This document shows, one piece after another, positions 60,008-64,000 of a stretch of 64,000 nt of DNA (the first letter of the stretch is position 1; each line of letters begins with the position of its first letter). The stretch is from an uncultured virus (IMG/VR IMGVR_UViG_3300010163_001408). Its lineage: Duplodnaviria; Heunggongvirae; Uroviricota; Caudoviricetes. A model generated the notes under the pieces. It did not search any database and was not told the origin of the DNA. It saw only the letters and a list, made by a program, of their open reading frames with translations. The translations under genes were made by a program, and so were the position numbers. Location of the stretch: IMG/VR virus record IMGVR_UViG_3300010163_001408; one strand, 5' to 3'.

Positions 60008-60937
60008 ATGAAGGTACATGCAATAGTAGACTTTATGCACATTTATTACAAATACTTCTTCCAAGCTAGAGAGGGTAAGATAACAAGATTAAGTGCACCA
60101 GTTGATTGGAATGGAACAGTGATAGAGAAAGATACTACATTGATTTACTATCCAATAAGAGATATTGAGGGTATTAGAAAAGATCTAACATGTCTTGGGC
60201 ATGATGTAACAATATCAATTTGTTTCGATATGCCATCTTCAAGAAAAGAATCTGGTGTTGAGGGAAGTGAAGAATACAAGTCCAGTAGAAAGAAAAACCT
60301 CAATGAGGATGATATAAAAAACATCCAATATATCGAGAAGTTGCTTAAACAGGCTGGACACAACACTTACAGAATAGCAGGATACGAAGCAGATGATATA
60401 GTGTCATACATAGTAAGGAATTATGCTAATGATTTTGATTACAATATCATATATACAAATGATAAAGACTTGTTAGTTAATATAAGTAATAATGTAGGAG
60501 TAATGAGATTTAAACAGTATAAGGGCTACACACAAGTAGATAGAAGCAACTACGAAGCATATCTGGAACCAGAGTTTAAGACATTTATACCTTATAATGC
60601 TTTAGGATTATACTTAGCAAGTGTAGGAGATTCAGCAGACGAGATTAAAGGAATACACAAGTTTGGACCTAAAGCATTTTCAAAACTCATTACAAAAATA
60701 GCTTCTAAAAACAAGATAGATTGGTCAGTCTGTGGAGATTATGATAAGTTACAAGAAGTAGTAGGAATGTGTGAAGAGTTTTTAACTCCTGAACAGTATG
60801 TTCAATTGCAAAACAGCTTTGCACTTGTAGCTAACATGGAATTAATTGATGATATAGACAAACCTATATTGCAAAGTACAATTGAAAAAAGAAAAAAGGC
60901 ATACGAAGTATTAAACATGATATCACTTATACCTTAA
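60008..60937 (+). CDS. 5'-3' exonuclease / flap endonuclease (PolA N-terminal or T4 RNase H-like)
   Basis: IVD, CFD, YKSSR, GYEADD, TNDKDL, GDSADEIKGI..FGPK. Confidence 0.9.
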   Translation: MKVHAIVDFMHIYYKYFFQAREGKITRLSAPVDWNGTVIEKDTTLIYYPIRDIEGIRKDLTCLGHDVTISICFDMPSSRKESGVEGSEEYKSSRKKNLNEDDIKNIQYIEKLLKQAGHNTYRIAGYEADDIVSYIVRNYANDFDYNIIYTNDKDLLVNISNNVGVMRFKQYKGYTQVDRSNYEAYLEPEFKTFIPYNALGLYLASVGDSADEIKGIHKFGPKAFSKLITKIASKNKIDWSVCGDYDKLQEVVGMCEEFLTPEQYVQLQNSFALVANMELIDDIDKPILQSTIEKRKKAYEVLNMISLIP

Positions 60938-60974
60938 TAAAGATAATTAAGATACATTATATAGCATATGAATT

Positions 60975-61013
60975 AAATCAACTACCTAAATATAAATTAG
61001 GTAGTTGATTTTT
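60975..61013 (+). terminator. Rho-independent terminator
   Basis: AAATCAACTACCTAA / TTAGGTAGTTGATTT plus T. Confidence 0.8.
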
Positions 61014-61098
61014 ATATATCTGGTGTACTTGTACTAAATCATTGTCTTGAAAAATTAGAAAAAATTTATTTTTTATTTATAAACAAGGGGTTGAAATT

Positions 61099-62058
61099 AT
61101 GCAGCAATTATTAGAATATGGATTCAATCAGCAGGATATAAATGCATTAATGTACACATTTAATATGTGTGGTAAGATAACACCAGCTGTATTACAACAG
61201 CAAATGGGATATGATTATACACAAACACAAAGACTAATGTATGCATATAATATGTATTGCGGAAAGATTAGTTTGGACTCCATACAAAAATTAGCTAAGC
61301 ACTTTAGAATAGTATGTGGGTGTACACCTGATGAAGCAAATAAAATGGCATATGCTTATAGTCTTCAAAATGGTGGAGTAAACACTAAGGAAAGTTTAAT
61401 TAGGCATTTAAAGAAGATAAACAGAAATCAGATTAAAATTACTATGAATGATTTAGCAGTTAGTAAAGTAAGTAGTGTACCTAGAGTAGCTGTAATAGCT
61501 AATATCATTCAAGAGCCATTTACAATTTGGAATAGTAATAAATACAAGGGGGCTAATGCATTGTACAAGGTAACTGATGTGAGTGGGCAAAAAATAACCA
61601 TAGAAACACCTAGAAAACCTCAGATAGCATATGGACAACCAAAGAAAGTGCCTGGAGTACTTGAAATAAAAGGATTGACAGCAAATGGAAATGCAGTTGT
61701 TACATTTGATAAGAATTATTGCAAATTATGTAATAGATTTATCATTATAGCTTCTTTAAGGATGCCAGAGTTCCATTTAGGTAAATATGAGATAATATGT
61801 TTTGAGGGTACCAAAGTTTATGTGTTTGCAGCTAATATGGGTACACGAGAGAATGTAAATTATAACATGGGAAGTCAAAGAATATATGATTATGGAATAT
61901 TTCCACAAGATATAAAAAGCAAGCTGGACAAGGTAGCAAAAGGAATGTATCAGTATCTTAAAGGAATGAACATAGAATATCAGACTCCAACATCAGATTA
62001 TAAAGTAGTGCCTGTAGAAAAGAAGATAGACACAGAAGCAGATGATATAGAATACTAA
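61099..62058 (+). CDS. Hypothetical protein
   Basis: 319-aa ORF with a short internal duplication (LMYTFNMCGKI / LMYAYNMYCGKI). Confidence 0.7.
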   Translation: MQQLLEYGFNQQDINALMYTFNMCGKITPAVLQQQMGYDYTQTQRLMYAYNMYCGKISLDSIQKLAKHFRIVCGCTPDEANKMAYAYSLQNGGVNTKESLIRHLKKINRNQIKITMNDLAVSKVSSVPRVAVIANIIQEPFTIWNSNKYKGANALYKVTDVSGQKITIETPRKPQIAYGQPKKVPGVLEIKGLTANGNAVVTFDKNYCKLCNRFIIIASLRMPEFHLGKYEIICFEGTKVYVFAANMGTRENVNYNMGSQRIYDYGIFPQDIKSKLDKVAKGMYQYLKGMNIEYQTPTSDYKVVPVEKKIDTEADDIEY

Positions 62059-62076
62059 GAATAGAGGTATAACATT

Positions 62077-62706
62077 ATGACTAATCAAGAAACACTTAAT
62101 ATGTTAAGAATGATGCATGGTAAAGATGTAATATGCACTAACGGATTATTTCATATTATAGACAATAATCATAATGAGATATACATTAATAAACATAATG
62201 GTGAAATTGATAGGAGAGGTAAATACAACACCATCATAGTTTATGATGATGTTGTATTGGCTGAGGTAGTCAATGATGTAAAAGTAAGATACGTTATATT
62301 AAGTAAAAATAACTTAGAATGTATTTATAGGTCTACAGAAGCTATATTATATATAAACGAAGATTTAATGTATGATACAGTTGGAATTTTAATATCTAAA
62401 CATGGAAAAGTATTAGGTAAATTTAATAATATTAAGGATATAGTAAATATAGCAAATAAATATTATTTATTAAGTTCTAATAATATGTTTAGTGATAAAG
62501 TTATTTCTTATATTGAGCATAAGGATTTTATACAGGACTTAACAAAAAATAAAAATTACACCATAAGTATTGTAAAAGAAAACAAACATGCAGTAGATGT
62601 AATTGATATGAATGGTGGAAAGCATAGATATGATTTCTCGGATCATTCATGTATAAACTTATTTACCATGAAAAAAGAGGATATAGGAATTTGGACAATA
62701 ACTTAA
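62077..62706 (+). CDS. Hypothetical protein
   Basis: 209-aa ORF, RBS GAGG. Confidence 0.65.
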   Translation: MTNQETLNMLRMMHGKDVICTNGLFHIIDNNHNEIYINKHNGEIDRRGKYNTIIVYDDVVLAEVVNDVKVRYVILSKNNLECIYRSTEAILYINEDLMYDTVGILISKHGKVLGKFNNIKDIVNIANKYYLLSSNNMFSDKVISYIEHKDFIQDLTKNKNYTISIVKENKHAVDVIDMNGGKHRYDFSDHSCINLFTMKKEDIGIWTIT

Positions 62707-63389
62707 ATTTAAACTTAAAAGACATGCTAAATATGCTACAAATAACATATGAAATCAAAGGCAAACCAACAATAATAACAGATAGGCTATTTGGTTTCAT
62801 GCAAAAAGATAATACAATTATGCTAATAAATCCTGACACGCTTAAACCATTTAATTACGCATACAGCATTAGATATTTTGATGGTAGCATAATAATATTA
62901 TCTAGAAAAATATTTATTATTCAAAGTACAACAATAGTAATAGAGTTGTCAACATTTGAGTTATTATATGAGACAAATAATTATCTAATGATAGAGAATG
63001 ATTTAGTATATGAAACACCTGGTACAAATGCATTGTATAACAAGAGCATGAATATATTAAACTTGAGATTTAAGACACTATACACAGCAGCAATTTTTAG
63101 TAAAATTGCATTAAAAGCAATAAACAATGAATATTATTTATTATCATACAACAAAATTATAAGGGCTGAAGAACATAAAATTGATGAAATAGATATAGAT
63201 TCTAATGACTATTATGAGATACTACACTATGACAAACAAAAAGATACATTAAAATCATTATATAAGTCAAATAAATATGAAATAGATATAGTATCAGAAG
63301 GAATATGCATCTTTAATAAAAGACATGATTATGAGATATTATATATGTATGACTTTACGAATAAAAAGATGCTTTCAGAACAATTATGA
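62649..63389 (+). CDS. Hypothetical protein (start uncertain)
   Basis: 246-aa ORF overlapping the previous gene. Confidence 0.6.
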   Translation: MYKLIYHEKRGYRNLDNNLNLNLKDMLNMLQITYEIKGKPTIITDRLFGFMQKDNTIMLINPDTLKPFNYAYSIRYFDGSIIILSRKIFIIQSTTIVIELSTFELLYETNNYLMIENDLVYETPGTNALYNKSMNILNLRFKTLYTAAIFSKIALKAINNEYYLLSYNKIIRAEEHKIDEIDIDSNDYYEILHYDKQKDTLKSLYKSNKYEIDIVSEGICIFNKRHDYEILYMYDFTNKKMLSEQL

Positions 63390-63394
63390 TTACC

Positions 63395-63436
63395 AAAATT
63401 ATCTACATTAAAGTATTATTATGTAGATAATTTTTA
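63395..63436 (+). terminator. Inverted repeat / terminator
   Basis: AAAATTATCTACAT / ATGTAGATAATTTT. Confidence 0.6.
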
Positions 63437-63454
63437 ATTTAAGGAGAAAAAATT

Positions 63455-63913
63455 ATGGGTAGAATAAGTAAGGATGCATACTACTTAGGTATTGCTGAAT
63501 CTGTACTTGAAAGAAGCACCTGTTTAAGACGAAAGTATGGCGCTGTGCTTGTAAAAAATGACGAGATAGTAAGTACAGGTTACAACGGAAGCCCAAGAGG
63601 TGAAACAAACTGCTGTGATGTAGGCTACTGCGAAAGAGAAAAGCAAAATGTTCCTAAAGGTGAAAGATATGAACTGTGTGTGGCCATACATGCAGAAGAT
63701 AATGCAATAACAAGTGCAGGCAGAAACAGGGCAAATGGAGCAACACTTTATATAGTAGGAAAAGAAGTATCAGATCTATCTAAGTACGCTAATCCAAGTC
63801 CATGCATGATGTGCAGAAGAAAAATCAAGAATGCAGGTATAGAAAGAGTAGTAGGTTTGTTTACTGAAGATGATAAACAAGTAATAAAAGATATTGATAT
63901 CAATATAAATTAA
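63455..63913 (+). CDS. dCMP deaminase (ComEB-like)
   Basis: RSTC.RR.YGAV, STGYNG, IHAEDNAI, PCMMC zinc ligands. Confidence 0.9.
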   Translation: MGRISKDAYYLGIAESVLERSTCLRRKYGAVLVKNDEIVSTGYNGSPRGETNCCDVGYCEREKQNVPKGERYELCVAIHAEDNAITSAGRNRANGATLYIVGKEVSDLSKYANPSPCMMCRRKIKNAGIERVVGLFTEDDKQVIKDIDININ

Positions 63914-63936
63914 GAAAGGATAAGGGTAAAGCAGAC

Positions 63937-64000
63937 ATGACATCAAGATATGATAAGTTAGACGTTGAACAAAAATTTGCAAAGATTATTGTGGATTTGA
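63937..64000 (+). CDS. Partial CDS running off the window end
   Basis: ATG 63937 after AAGGA/AAGGG; open to the end of the window. Confidence 0.45.
   Translation, partial: MTSRYDKLDVEQKFAKIIVDL

Noticed and set aside
276..63982. All minus-strand ORFs in the supplied track
   Set aside because: They are short, lie antisense to well-supported + strand genes, are Leu/Phe/Ile/Ser-rich as expected from the reverse of A-rich codons, and show no motifs.
1..64000. tRNA, rRNA or riboswitch genes
   Set aside because: Intergenic regions are short and AT-rich, and I recognised no cloverleaf or conserved RNA motif by eye. A covariance-model scan was not possible.

Overview
A very AT-rich 64-kb segment in which every credible gene lies on the + strand. 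It most likely comes from a large extrachromosomal element (jumbo phage or megaplasmid) of a Firmicute/Clostridia-type host, judged by consensus sigmaA promoters with extended -10, strong AGGAG ribosome-binding sites and a SipW-type peptidase. I recognised no capsid, terminase, rRNA, tRNA or CRISPR sequence. Blocks in order: (1) 0.3-5.0 kb, one promoter-to-terminator operon with an SDR, an acetamidase/formamidase, a HisG-nucleotide kinase fusion and a SAICAR-synthetase homologue. This matches the PenA/PenB/PenC (CofA/CofB) gene set for the adenosine-deaminase inhibitors pentostatin/coformycin, plus a kinase. I infer a possible small-molecule counter-defence against deaminase-based antiphage systems. 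(2) 5.6-11.1 kb, a signal peptidase, three BspA/DUF285-like LRR paralogues, and a radical SAM/SPASM enzyme next to a substrate-like protein with repeated XYG motifs. (3) 11.2-25.0 kb, twelve paralogous genes built from about 60 copies of a ~40-aa HTH-like repeat with a hypervariable 5-residue segment and a conserved C-terminal cap. They are interleaved with RNase H, a HipA-like kinase pair, an ART-like gene, an endonuclease V pseudogene and a HAD hydrolase. (4) 25-34.8 kb, an SF2 helicase, a PC4-like protein, an NlpC/P60 hydrolase and a DHH nuclease. (5) 34.8-48 kb, a Tad/Flp pilus-like locus with three paralogous freestanding endonuclease genes inserted between successive tad genes. (6) 49-64 kb, a doubly inactivated AbiE-like toxin-antitoxin pair, a metallophosphoesterase, a ParM-like actin with candidate partner genes, a 5'-3' exonuclease and a dCMP deaminase. 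All family calls come from motif recognition by eye, not database searches.
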